Source: Eukaryota sp. TZLM1-RC (lineage: Eukaryota; Protista; Metamonada: BaSk clade). From it: a stretch of 64,000 nt of DNA. The stretch spans positions 3,390,550 through 3,454,549 of the forward strand of contig JAUPSS010000004.1 of the NCBI GenBank assembly GCA_040285825.1, given 5' to 3'. The notes under the pieces are model-generated. The model did not search any database. It was not told the DNA's origin and saw only the letters and a program-made list of their open reading frames with translations. Position numbers and translations under genes: made by a program. Below, piece by piece: positions 1-10,900 of this stretch (position 1 is the first letter of the stretch; each line of letters begins with the position of its first letter).

Positions 1-86
1 GAAAGTTTCTGGTCAAGGGACACACTCCACAATTTCAGTTCTCCCCTCAATTAAAAAAGCAAGTTGAACAACGTCAATCTGCTACC

Positions 87-1295
87 ATGTCATCAACTGA
101 CCCTAACCATAACCCTAACTCTAGCCTCACTGCTAACAAGAAGTCTGTTGAAGTCAAGCTTCCCACACCATCCGCCACTTCTTCTGCTACGTTGACCAAC
201 CAAACTCCCTCTATTAAGAGTTCTACCTCTGCTCGATCCTCTCGTGTATCTTCTGCTACTCTCTCACAAGCTCTCTCTCCTGTGCCTTCTGCCAAATCAA
301 GTGTTGCTGGCTCCGAGTGCTTGGGTAGGGATATGGTTGAATTCTGTGATTGTTCTTCTTGCTCTTCTGTTCAAGAAACAAATATATTCGCCAGACGTCC
401 CGAGACTCCCGACTATGATCCAAATGTGTATCGTAAAGCGCTGGATGAGCAGCTCAGCATGACAAAGAAGCAGAGGAGAGCGGAGATGATGAACAAGCAT
501 GAGAGTGAGAAGGGTATTTATGACACTGTGAAGGAAGCAGAGGAGAAGGAGAAGAGGGAGAAGGAGCAGGAAAGATTGAGAAAGAAGCAAGAATTGATTG
601 ATAAGATGAGAACTGATCGGTTAAAATCGAAAAAGGAAGGTGATGAAGGTTACGTTGAACACTATCCGCTTCTAGATAGAGAGCCTGACCCTGATGATTA
701 TAGAAAACAGCAATTTGAAAAAGATCAACAGTTGAAAACCTTTCAATACAATCAATGGAAGGAGAAGCAAAATTTACTGAAAAATGAACGTCTAAAGGAG
801 CAAAATGATGCAAATATGGCTTTCCAGAAGGTTAATGAGTTGGGAAGGGAAATAGATTCAAGAAAACCTGCAGAAGAACGATTGACTTCTGATTTTTTAA
901 GGTCTGTTTTGGATTCAAAGGCCAAAAAGCTTGAATCAAATGATGATCAGCCAGATATTGCCATTTGTGCAAGATCTATCACCAGTAGTGTGGCGAGAGA
1001 AAAAGAAAGGGAAAAAGCAAGACAATTGGCCAGGTTTCAGTTACATCAAGCTGAAGAGAAGAAGAAGAAACAAAAGGAAGAGCAGCTGAAGGAAGAACTA
1101 GCTCAGAAGAGGGCTATTGAAGACATTAAAAAGCAGGAAGAGGATGAGAAGAACAAGTATTGGACGGAATGTGCCAAAAGGCAGAAATCTAGGAGAGAGG
1201 AATTGGATTTACAGCTGTCGTTAAGTGGTAAGTTGTGTCCTAAATGTGGAAAACCAAAAAAATCCAAAAATAGAATGTATCATAGGTGTTGTTAA
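87..1295 (+). CDS. Hypothetical protein: Ser/Thr-rich N-terminus, long charged coiled-coil, C-terminal CxxC
   Basis: 402-aa ORF with coding-like composition, E/K/Q/R-rich helical region, CPKC near the end and AATAAA downstream; no family recognised. Confidence 0.75.
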   Translation: MSSTDPNHNPNSSLTANKKSVEVKLPTPSATSSATLTNQTPSIKSSTSARSSRVSSATLSQALSPVPSAKSSVAGSECLGRDMVEFCDCSSCSSVQETNIFARRPETPDYDPNVYRKALDEQLSMTKKQRRAEMMNKHESEKGIYDTVKEAEEKEKREKEQERLRKKQELIDKMRTDRLKSKKEGDEGYVEHYPLLDREPDPDDYRKQQFEKDQQLKTFQYNQWKEKQNLLKNERLKEQNDANMAFQKVNELGREIDSRKPAEERLTSDFLRSVLDSKAKKLESNDDQPDIAICARSITSSVAREKEREKARQLARFQLHQAEEKKKKQKEEQLKEELAQKRAIEDIKKQEEDEKNKYWTECAKRQKSRREELDLQLSLSGKLCPKCGKPKKSKNRMYHRCC

Positions 1296-2040
1296 TTTTT
1301 AATGTTTTTTTATTTATTTATTTATTTAATAAATTTAATAAATTTTTCCTTACATTTCATTTTTCAAAAATGGGTAAATCACTTTTTATATAACTTTTGC
1401 CAATTGGTATATATTGCCAGATAAAGCTAATTTTTTTAAGTCTTCTTTTAATTCTTTTTTTACTAATGCTCTGATTTTTTTGATGTCAACAAGAAATAAC
1501 GAATGATCATTGATAAAGTATACAATCAAAAAATGATTGTTTAAAAAATTGAAAACATAATTAATTAATTCATTCATTTTTATGAAATTCATTGTAGCCC
1601 CGCAGAAAATAATTGAAATTACAACAATAGCAGAGAACTTTTGTTGTGTCACTGCAACCTAGAGCATCTTTTGTACAATTTGAGTTTGACAAGTTTCTAA
1701 CAAGGGCTTACTGGTTATGAATCTGATAACTGATCAACAGTGAGGTTTTGTTAGCTTTATTTAATAAAAGTGATTATAACACTTGATGCATTTGATTGTA
1801 CTCATCATCATCTTGAAATGCTTTTGAAAAGCTGCCTGTACTGGCACATTGGTAGTTTGTTCTGATAATCTTCAGTTAGTACGCATTTCACTACTGATGG
1901 TGTTCAGATTCAGTTCACTCGTTCTTCTTTTGTAATAAATTAATCTCCACATACACACCTGAAAGAGATCAACCAATGGAGCTAAAAAACATAAGTGCAG
2001 ATTTTTATTTAAATAAGAAGATTACATTTATTACCGAAAA

Positions 2041-2056
2041 AGTGTTGAAAAACACC
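2041..2056 (-). other. Histone 3' stem-loop (H2A copy 1)
   Basis: GGTGTT-TTTC-AACACT 12 nt after the stop; equivalent structure after all 9 histone genes. Confidence 0.8.
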
Positions 2057-2068
2057 ATGCAAAACTAC

Positions 2069-2452
2069 CTAGATTTCTTGAGAAGCTTGTTCTTCGGCTT
2101 CAACACGAGCCTTGGACCCCTTGGGAAGGAGATCGGAATGAATATGAGGAAGAACACCACCAGATGGAATCATGATATGAGACAACAGCTTACTGAGTTC
2201 TTCATCATTACGGATAGCCAAGAGAATGTGTCTGGGGACAATACGGGTCTTCTTGTTATCTCTAGCAGCGTTACCAGACAATTCAAGGACCTCAGCGGTG
2301 AGGTATTCAAGGACAGCAGCCATATAGACGGGAGCACCAGCTGCAATACGTTCAGCATAGCGACCTTCACGGAGGTAACGACGGATACGACCTACAGGGA
2401 ATTGGAGTCCAGCTTTGAAGGAGAGAGTTCGAGCACCAGTTTCTTCAGCCAT
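2069..2452 (-). CDS. H2A: Histone H2A with C-terminal SQEI (H2A.X-type motif)
   Basis: [15 protein letters not shown]...[29 protein letters not shown]; true ATG at 2452 (MAEETG), not the ORF-track start. Confidence 0.97.
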   Translation of the reverse strand: MAEETGARTLSFKAGLQFPVGRIRRYLREGRYAERIAAGAPVYMAAVLEYLTAEVLELSGNAARDNKKTRIVPRHILLAIRNDEELSKLLSHIMIPSGGVLPHIHSDLLPKGSKARVEAEEQASQEI

Positions 2453-2601
2453 GAGAGATGAATTAATGAGGATGAGGAAATAGAATTTCAATTTCAACAC
2501 GACAATTTTGATTGTTGCAAGATTGTCATTTGTGGCAAAACATTGAATCAACTTGTTTGTCTTGCAAAAACTGAATCTCAATCACCATTTCTCTCAATCT
2601 C
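2453..2601. promoter_or_regulatory. Bidirectional H2A/H2B promoter with shared histone motif GCAAGACA
   Basis: 149-bp divergent spacer; TGCAAGA(C/T) and GACAATT motifs recur upstream of H3 (3331-3356) and H4 (4121-4134) and in cluster 2. Confidence 0.6.
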
Positions 2602-3036
2602 ATGCCCGGAAAAAAGTCTGTAAAGTCTACCAAATCCATCAAGGGAGTTCCCTCCAAAGCCCCTTCAAAGGCCCCTGCCAAAGCTGTAAGCAAAGCTGTT
2701 GCTGAAGGCGGTGCTGCCGCTGCTGCCCCCAAGCGCAAGAAGGCCCGTAAGGAGACATGGGCTACTTACATTTACCGTGTCCTTCGCCAAGTCCATCCCG
2801 ATACTGGTATCTCCACCAAGGCCATGGGAATCATGAACTCTTTTGTCAATGACATTTTTGAACGTATCGCCACTGAAGCTTCTCGTCTTGCTCGTGTCAA
2901 CAAGAGGAATACCCTTTCTTCTCGTGAGATTCAGACTGCTGTTAGATTATTGTTGCCTGGTGAACTCTCCAAGCATGCTGTTTCTGAAGGTACCAAGGCT
3001 GTTACCAAGTTTACCTCTGCTGGTGAAGGTGAATAG
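2602..3036 (+). CDS. H2B: Histone H2B
   Basis: [35 protein letters not shown]...[22 protein letters not shown]; divergent from H2A. Confidence 0.98.
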   Translation: MPGKKSVKSTKSIKGVPSKAPSKAPAKAVSKAVAEGGAAAAAPKRKKARKETWATYIYRVLRQVHPDTGISTKAMGIMNSFVNDIFERIATEASRLARVNKRNTLSSREIQTAVRLLLPGELSKHAVSEGTKAVTKFTSAGEGE

Positions 3037-3052
3037 ATTTGTGGTTTTTGAT

Positions 3053-3068
3053 AGTGTTTTTCAACACT
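3053..3068 (+). other. Histone 3' stem-loop (H2B copy 1)
   Basis: AGTGTT-TTTC-AACACT. Confidence 0.8.
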
Positions 3069-3415
3069 GGATAAATTTGTTTTTTTTGTGTATTTTAATT
3101 TAAAATGTTTTATTGATGTTTTCATCTGGATTGAAGTTTTGGAGAAAATACAAATGACAATTGTTCAATCAAATTGGGATTTGCTAAACCTGTTGTTCCT
3201 AATTCCTAAATAATATTTCAATAGTTCCATATAGGGCAAGAATTAAGTGCACATCTGATGAAGAGCGACAACAAAGCCGTAGGTCTACACAACCAAACCA
3301 CCAAAAACAAACCATCCAACAAAAGCAAATGACAATTGATTCTTGCAAGACATTTTCCCTGCTCTGAATTTCTGCTCAATTACAATGTTTTTTACAATAA
3401 TCCTGATCCACACAA

Positions 3416-3823
3416 ATGGCCCGTACTAAGCAAACTTCCCGCAAGACTACCTCCACCAAGACTCCAAGAAAGCATTTGGCTACCAAGGCTGCTCGCAAAG
3501 CTGCTCCCGCTACCGGTGGTATCAAGAAACCCCATCGTTATCGCCCAGGAACCGTTGCTCTCCGTGAAATCAGAAAGTACCAAAAGTCTACTGAACTCTT
3601 GATCCGCAAGCTACCCTTCCAACGTTTGGTTAGAGAAATTGCCCAAGAATTTAAGGGTGAGTTGAGATTCCAAGCCTCTGGTATCTCTGCTCTTCAAGAA
3701 GCTGCTGAAGCTTACCTTGTTGGTTTGTTTGAAGACACCAATCTCTGTGCTATCCATGCTAAACGTGTCACCATTATGCCCAAGGATATGGCCCTGGCTA
3801 AGAGAATTCGTTCTGATTTTTAA
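3416..3823 (+). CDS. H3: Histone H3
   Basis: ARTKQT...[39 protein letters not shown]. Confidence 0.98.
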   Translation: MARTKQTSRKTTSTKTPRKHLATKAARKAAPATGGIKKPHRYRPGTVALREIRKYQKSTELLIRKLPFQRLVREIAQEFKGELRFQASGISALQEAAEAYLVGLFEDTNLCAIHAKRVTIMPKDMALAKRIRSDF

Positions 3824-3840
3824 TTTTGTTTCATAGTTGT

Positions 3841-3856
3841 GGTGTTCTTCAATACT
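3841..3856 (+). other. Histone 3' stem-loop (H3 copy 1)
   Basis: GGTGTT-CTTC-AATACT, AATAAA 10 nt later. Confidence 0.8.
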
Positions 3857-4197
3857 CAACTTTTGAATAAATTTAGGTTTATGAACTTGTTTTTCGTTTC
3901 AAATAATATTGCACAAAATCACCACAAAAAAAGCATACTAGCATGTTTGTAAAGAATGTTGTTTATTCACTATTACAGCGTTTCAATTACTGCAAAAGCA
4001 CAATATGCGTTTCCTGCATTCCAGCACACGAAATTGTCCTAATGAGATGGTCCATTACACTAACCATGTTGAAGAACCCTGAAACCCAACAATCACCATT
4101 GTGAAACAACAATTAATCTTGGCAAGACAATTTTCAGATCAAAATTCAAATTCCCAAACTCCTTTCAAATCTTGTATTCTTATCTTCATCGATCTTA

Positions 4198-4509
4198 ATG
4201 GCTGGCCGTGGAAAAGGTGGAAAAGGTTTAGGTAAAGGTGGTGCCAAGCGCCATAGAAAGGTTCTTCGTGAAAACATCCAAGGTATTACTAAGCCTGCTA
4301 TTCGTCGTCTTGCTCGCCGTGGCGGTGTCAAGCGTATCTCTGCACTTATCTATGATGAAACCCGTACTGTTCTCCGTACTTTCCTCGAAAACGTGATCCG
4401 TGACTCTGTTACTTATTGTGAACATGCAAGAAGGAAGACTGTCACTGCAATGGATGTTGTCTATGCTTTGAAACGTCATGGACGTGTTTTGTATGGTTTT
4501 GGTGTCTAG
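4198..4509 (+). CDS. H4: Histone H4
   Basis: [46 protein letters not shown]. Confidence 0.98.
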   Translation: MAGRGKGGKGLGKGGAKRHRKVLRENIQGITKPAIRRLARRGGVKRISALIYDETRTVLRTFLENVIRDSVTYCEHARRKTVTAMDVVYALKRHGRVLYGFGV

Positions 4510-4523
4510 GTTTTTGTTTTTGG

Positions 4524-4539
4524 GGTGTTTATCAACACT
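4524..4539 (+). other. Histone 3' stem-loop (H4 copy 1)
   Basis: GGTGTT-TATC-AACACT immediately followed by AATAAA. Confidence 0.8.
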
Positions 4540-5234
4540 AATAAATCAAGATCTTCTTTAAATTTCCTTTTATACTCGTTTTGCAATGTACTAGGTTTTT
4601 CCAACCAATTATTATTTAACGATTATGATGTTGATTTATAAGTTTTCTAATAAATAAACATTATTAAAAAGAATTTCAACCAATGATGTGGTATAGTCCT
4701 TATATTCAAACTTATCATCTAAAATATTAATCTCACTGTGGTGATTCATTTTCTTGCCACCTCAAAAACACAACTTTTGAGATGAAACACAACGTACACT
4801 AGGGGACTTGTAGTGAGAGACAACTTCCGTGAGTTGTCAACTTTCAACAATCATTTTACACTCAAAAGCATCGATCCACTTACTTCGTCACTCTCATGCG
4901 CTTTCAGATATTTGTCAAGGCCAAGAACTACATAGTTGTAGTATGTTTTCAGTTTGTTGTGAAGAATTCCTTATTGTAAAAGAAATTTAAAGAATATCAT
5001 TTAAAAATCAAAATTTGGAAAACCATTTCATCATTCCATAAAATACCTGGATCAGTAAATCAAACAGTTCTAACAAACAAATAATACTGCTCTTGGTAAT
5101 AAAAACTAAAGCTCAAATTGCAAAAAAAGCTAAAAAGTGGTGTTGTCAAAATCATTGATTGACGCATATAGAATAATTGATTAACTGATGATTACAATCA
5201 AGTTGACCTTGAGCATAACAAAGCCTTCTTGAAT

Positions 5235-6074
5235 CTACCTAGTCAAAAACCCCTGAATCAATCTACAAAACTCATCAGGATTTGATTCAATTACACAGTG
5301 AGAACCGTTCAATTCCACTTTCTCACATCCCAATTGCCTCTGCAGCTTCTCTGAACAAGACACTCGTACATAATGATCATGATTTCCAACAACAATTAGG
5401 AAATCCACATTCGAGTCCCGAAGAGTTTCCATTTCAGCAGAGGATACACTATGATGAAGCGCAGCAAATGTTTGCTTCAGTACAGAGGAGAAAGTCTGTG
5501 GATACTCATCTTTAATGCGAGAATCACGTTCAATGAAGTACTCACAATTGGTTAGGTTTTCATCGTACGGACACACTTCATCAACACTTTGTCCATATCT
5601 CAAAAGCTGCCTAGCTCTCTGATGTCCGTGTCTCAAGGCGTAAAAGCAGGATTTGACAGAGGTGGATAATGGAGGAAGAGCAAATGCCCCTCTTGTAGAA
5701 CATAATATACAATGCGAAAACCTCTGTGGATCTAAGAGGACCAGCCGCAAAGAAATCATACCACCCATAGAATGACCTACTACTGTGATCTCAGAGTTCC
5801 AACCTAGATGGTCTAACAACTGAAGAACACAGGATGCAAAACTAGTAGTTGTAGCTAGTCCTGGTATTGAAGAACTACGACCAACGCAAAGATTGTCAAA
5901 AACTAATAAGGAAGCATTCAAATTCAAACGTCCTAGAAAAATGTCCTCCCAGAAATCAGTAGTTGAGCAAAGTCCAGGAACGCATAGAATACGATGAGAT
6001 ACGTCACCTTCAACAGGACCAATGTGATGTACATTGTAATATATTTTGAACTCTGAAGTATCAAAGTGGGGCAT
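5235..6074 (-). CDS. Alpha/beta-fold hydrolase
   Basis: GHSMGG nucleophile elbow, FDNLCVGRS, VGNHD acid and GSH histidine motifs. Confidence 0.9.
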   Translation of the reverse strand: MPHFDTSEFKIYYNVHHIGPVEGDVSHRILCVPGLCSTTDFWEDIFLGRLNLNASLLVFDNLCVGRSSSIPGLATTTSFASCVLQLLDHLGWNSEITVVGHSMGGMISLRLVLLDPQRFSHCILCSTRGAFALPPLSTSVKSCFYALRHGHQRARQLLRYGQSVDEVCPYDENLTNCEYFIERDSRIKDEYPQTFSSVLKQTFAALHHSVSSAEMETLRDSNVDFLIVVGNHDHYVRVSCSEKLQRQLGCEKVELNGSHCVIESNPDEFCRLIQGFLTR

Positions 6075-6089
6075 TTTTTGCAGAGTTCT

Positions 6090-7139
6090 GGGGGAAATTC
6101 CTATAAATACATGGTCAATTTTCGTGTGGAATAATTACAAAAACTATCTACTACTGATACGGATACTGAGGCCTTTCATTACCACTCATTCTGGCTTCAG
6201 CAATTGCAAACATATTCAGACAAGCCAGCTAATTTCTATTGAAAAGCTTTGTTGACCCTTTGTTGCTGAGTCTACAACCCTCACTGTTGCAAACTAATAA
6301 ACCATGACATGTAGTAACAGGAGTCTTTTCTCTTCTATAGAATCTAGGATTTGTTACTCTCAAAAACGTAGCAACCTTTTCAAAACAAACAGGACATTTT
6401 GCTGAAGTGAACACTTCATTAATCATCAATACTTCAAATCCATTCCTTTTCAGAAATTGAGTCCATCCAATGCCACGAGTAGGCCTATGATGTTTCAAAT
6501 TCTTGGAACCTTTTTTACCATAATCACCCATTAGAATTAAAGTGTTTCTTGGGTTGCCAAAATTCTGAACAAGGTTTTTTAACAACCAACTTTCAGTCTT
6601 TTGTTTGTGAATAAAAGCTTGCATTTTATGAATGCTCCACAAGTCAAGACTAAAAAAGTCAATTGTCAAAAACACTTGCCGAATTTTGGCAACCACAAAG
6701 TTGGAAAAATCTATAAAAGTTGCTGAATTTGCAGCAAACGCGGACAATTCGGTGTTTGCATCTTCAATTGTCATTTCGTAAGACTCTATCATCTGGTTCC
6801 TGTCGTAATCTACCTCAGTATACTTTGTCGCCCATCGTTTTTGCTTTTCATTCATCCTGCTTTTTGAAGACCAGGACATCTGAGTCATTCTTAACCATTT
6901 GTACTTCTTGTCTTGATTCATCACCCGACTATTTCTTTGCTGTTCGGTTTCATGTTCAGGAACCATGGCTTGTTCTTCATCAGTCTTTTTACTCCCAAAA
7001 TACAATAAATCACGTTTTCCAGGATCACAAACAACAATTCGTTTGTCTTGAAAAGCATCAACATCAACATCATCAATAAATCAGAAATACTAGCCTTGTT
7101 GTCTGGCTTACATTTCTGACCTTGTACATCCTGACGAAA
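6090..7139 (-). mobile_element. Fanzor element copy D (3' fragment: RuvC/zinc-finger part plus 3' hairpin end)
   Basis: VVCDPGKRD, LMGDYG, INEVFTSAKCPVC, HGLLVCNSEGC, FNRN; high DNA similarity to copies A and C. Confidence 0.85.
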
Positions 7140-7945
7140 TACAGCAGAACTAATATAAATGTTCTTTAAAAAATTTCCGAAAGCGGGATTTTCAGTTTTT
7201 CGGTGGTCTGGAAATGTATATATAATAATTTTCACAATTTTCCCACGGCTTTCCCTACTATGTTGATGTTTTTCGTACCATAATGTTATCGCACCAACCG
7301 GGCACGAGACCATGCTACGTTATGGCGGTTTCTTTGGAGTTTTAACTACTCAAAAAACAATTTGAGTAACGAAAACAGGTACAAAGGTTCGTCCCTTCAA
7401 AACCTCGAGCTATTTGGAGCTATTAATTATGATGAAGTTATTAATCTGTTATTAATTCAATTGACACACTCGGGATGTATATGGTAAATTGTACCATTGT
7501 TTTGATACAGAGGCATAAATTCGAGAAAATTATGGTATTTTATTGATTTACAACACGTTATAAAATAAACACAAAACTAATGGAAAAATTCAAACCAAGA
7601 TTTCCTCTACAGAATCCTGATCTGCTTGTTTTCTCCCCATCGCATCCCTTATTCGATGGAAAACTTTGCAAATTGCGTCATCAAAAGATGAAGATTAACT
7701 ACCATAACAGTTCAAATATAAACAAAATTGGTGCGTGTTTTGGCCAACTCAACTCTAGCATATAATAATGAAGCCTTTGATAAACTAAACTTAACAAATT
7801 GAGAAGATTTGGACGTGTGCATGGGATTGTGTGAAAAGTTGATGAGTGGAATTGTGCCAAGTGTGTCAAATCGCATTAGAATTTATATAAAATTTAACAA
7901 TTTTCGGATTAAAAGCAAAAAATACTATTTACACTATATACAAAA

Positions 7946-10900
7946 CTAAATCACAACACATGAATTGTTAACAAATCTTTCCTGATAATGAACAATCAAA
8001 CTAGCACGTTTTTCTAGTTCATCGGCTTTTCTCATTCCATCCTCTGAATCACCCCTTTCCCTGTACAAAGATGCAGCCACTTTAAGCACCTTCTTCGATG
8101 CTTCTGCATGCTCGCAAGCTATCAAGTAAAGTTCCTTCAAGAGTGAATGATCAACAGAACAAACTCCCTTTCTCTTCTCTCCTTCATAAACATCTATGGC
8201 CCTTTCCACATGTTCCAATGTTGGAGAGCGCAGATAAGCAATGCTGTAGGACTCTTCAGGAAATGTAAAGTTTGTGGTGTTGAATAGAAAATTTACAGCA
8301 TCTTTAAAATATTTGGCAGCAGCCTTCTGATTTGCAGTCCTTGTAACGGAATCGCCTTCTGTTGTTGATTTTTTCAAAAGTTCATCTCCAAGAACAAAAC
8401 AAGCATGTGGATGATGTTTTTTGGCAGCTAGATTGAGGAATTTCTTCTTTTTTTCAGAATCTCCGTTAGTGGAATAGTACTTGAATAATTCAAACGCACA
8501 ATGTGCACCTTCATTGGAACCTTGCTCAAATGCTTCAATAGCCTTTTTAAAATAACCATCATCTATTACTCTTTCTGTAACAACCAGTTTGGTATAGAAA
8601 GCTTGATAAAGAATTCCCTTATAGAAAAAAAGATCACCCAACAGAGAGCGTTCTTGTTCAATGTTTTCATAGTCAAAGTGGCTGAATTTCGCTCTTGACC
8701 CTTCTAATAACACTGAGAAAGAGTCAGTGAGCTGGATCAAATCATGAAACTCTTGATCGGAAATTCCTTGTAGACATTGATACCTACAAATACGAATTTC
8801 AACCATGAAAAAACAACTTAAATGATGACCACCATTGAAAGCTGCTTGGTAATACAAAAGGGCTTCATCTAGGTTAGGGTTAGCGTTAGCGTTAGGGTTA
8901 GACTTTTGATGTAATAGCCTTGCAACATTATAAATTGCTTCCAAGTCTTCTAAATCTGCTGCTTTTTTCCAATAAGTCAAAGCTAGTTCATCATCCTTCA
9001 CATCACCAGAACCAAGTCTGTCCTGATAGTATTTTCCAAGTAACTTACATGCATTAACATTATCTTTTTTGGCAGCGTTGGCAAGATACTTGACGCCATG
9101 TTGACATTTATCCTTCAATTCATAACCAAAAACATTTGATACTTCAGTAGCATCGGCATCCATTAAGAGCCACTTCCCCATTTCCTCCATTGCATTAGGA
9201 AACCCACATTCTGCTGCATTCTGACACAATCGGCGACCTTCTAGAACATCTCCCTCGTTCCCTCTTTCCATTAATATAAGTCCAGCCTTGAAAAAACATT
9301 CAGGTGATTCGAGAGCCAAACGGTAATACTCCAAGGCTTTTTCGGTGGAATTTGGTCTGGTCAATGATTCTTTAAGATAATGATCACCAATCAAAAGACA
9401 AGCTTCTGTTATATTATGCTTTGCAGCTTCTTTCAAATAACTAATCCCCAAATCCTTTGGAAAATTCAAACCCGGGTTTAAATAAATCTTGCCCAATTCC
9501 AACCAACCAAGCACATATCCTTGTTGATGTGCAAGTTGGAAATACTGAATAGCTGGATCAAAATCATTCATCAGCTTTGAACAAATTCCCGCCTGATAAG
9601 CACCTTCAGCATGATTAGATTTGATAGCTATCTTAAAGCAAGCGAGAGCTGTGGTCAAAGAAGGCTTACCAAGGGAATTGTCCATGTAAAGTAACCCTAA
9701 TTCATAACTACAGGCAGGACATTCAAGTTCAAATCCCTTTTGGTAATAAAACATGGCAGAGTTGATGTTATTCAAATAACGACGATACACTTGTGCCAAG
9801 TTGAAATAAATAAAAGGGTAAAATGCAGAAATTTCAAAAACTTCCTCGATAGAAATAAACTCAATCCCAGGAATCCAATCTGACTGAGGTTCCACACCCA
9901 GGACTTGTTCAAAGAGACTAACAACTTCATTTACATCCTCATCCCTGTAATGATCTTGAGCTTGGTCTATGATGGTCATTAAACACTTTGCAGCATGAAA
10001 AGCAGAAGCAAGGTTGAAGAAGAGATTGAAAGAGGATTTGAACATTTCAAAAGCCGCAATATTATCATTTTGGGACTCAAGATTTACTGCACATTTATAC
10101 TTTGAAAATGCACAAAACCTCTTCTCAAGTTGATCCAAGACGTCCATGTTTGAAATGCCATAATACAAAGCTGTGGCTTTGGTGCAATCTTTAGGTAAAA
10201 CAAAGCCGTATTCTAAACAAAGGGCTTGGTAGACAATACTTGATGGGTGATTGGGAGTTACATTCAGCCAATTATTGAACCAATCAAATCTGATTGATTG
10301 GAGAGGGAGTGGATCCTTGGCAGTTTGATTAATACCCTCGAGTTTAATTAATTGTGAAATGATTTTAATAGACACATCAGTTGAAATTTGGTCAATGATT
10401 GATGTTGTCCGAGGAAGTGAGCCTAAAATAAGCTTTAAATCTCCAAAAAAATCAATTGTGGCATCTCTACATTTGGATAGTTCTGCTAAAATTGACAGTA
10501 CATTCTGTGATTTAGCTATAATATCAGAATGATTAATGGATTGAGTAAAGGAAACTTCGAACAAAGAGTGAAACCCGACTGAACCAAAACAGTGTTCCAA
10601 CAATTGTGCTAAATCTAGGCAAGCTAAATAAATCTGATTCTGATTTACATCTACCAATTGGGTGAATGATGCAACTGAAGAAGAAAATAGACCAAGTTCA
10701 ATTTCAAAGATACCCTTGAATAACAAAGCATTTTGGTGGTTTGGTTGAATAGACAGACATTGAGAGAGAAGAAGAATAGAAGATAATTTACAAGAAAAAT
10801 CTTGCGACCATATTGAAATTGCTCTATAACAATAAGCTTGGGCTAAAGGTAAAGCTTTAGTACAAATTGCCTCAATTTTGGTGATGAATTTGTTCAATTT

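Noticed and set aside
1976-2461. Antisense ORFs over histone and other genes
   Set aside because: Shadow ORFs caused by codon bias; no motifs
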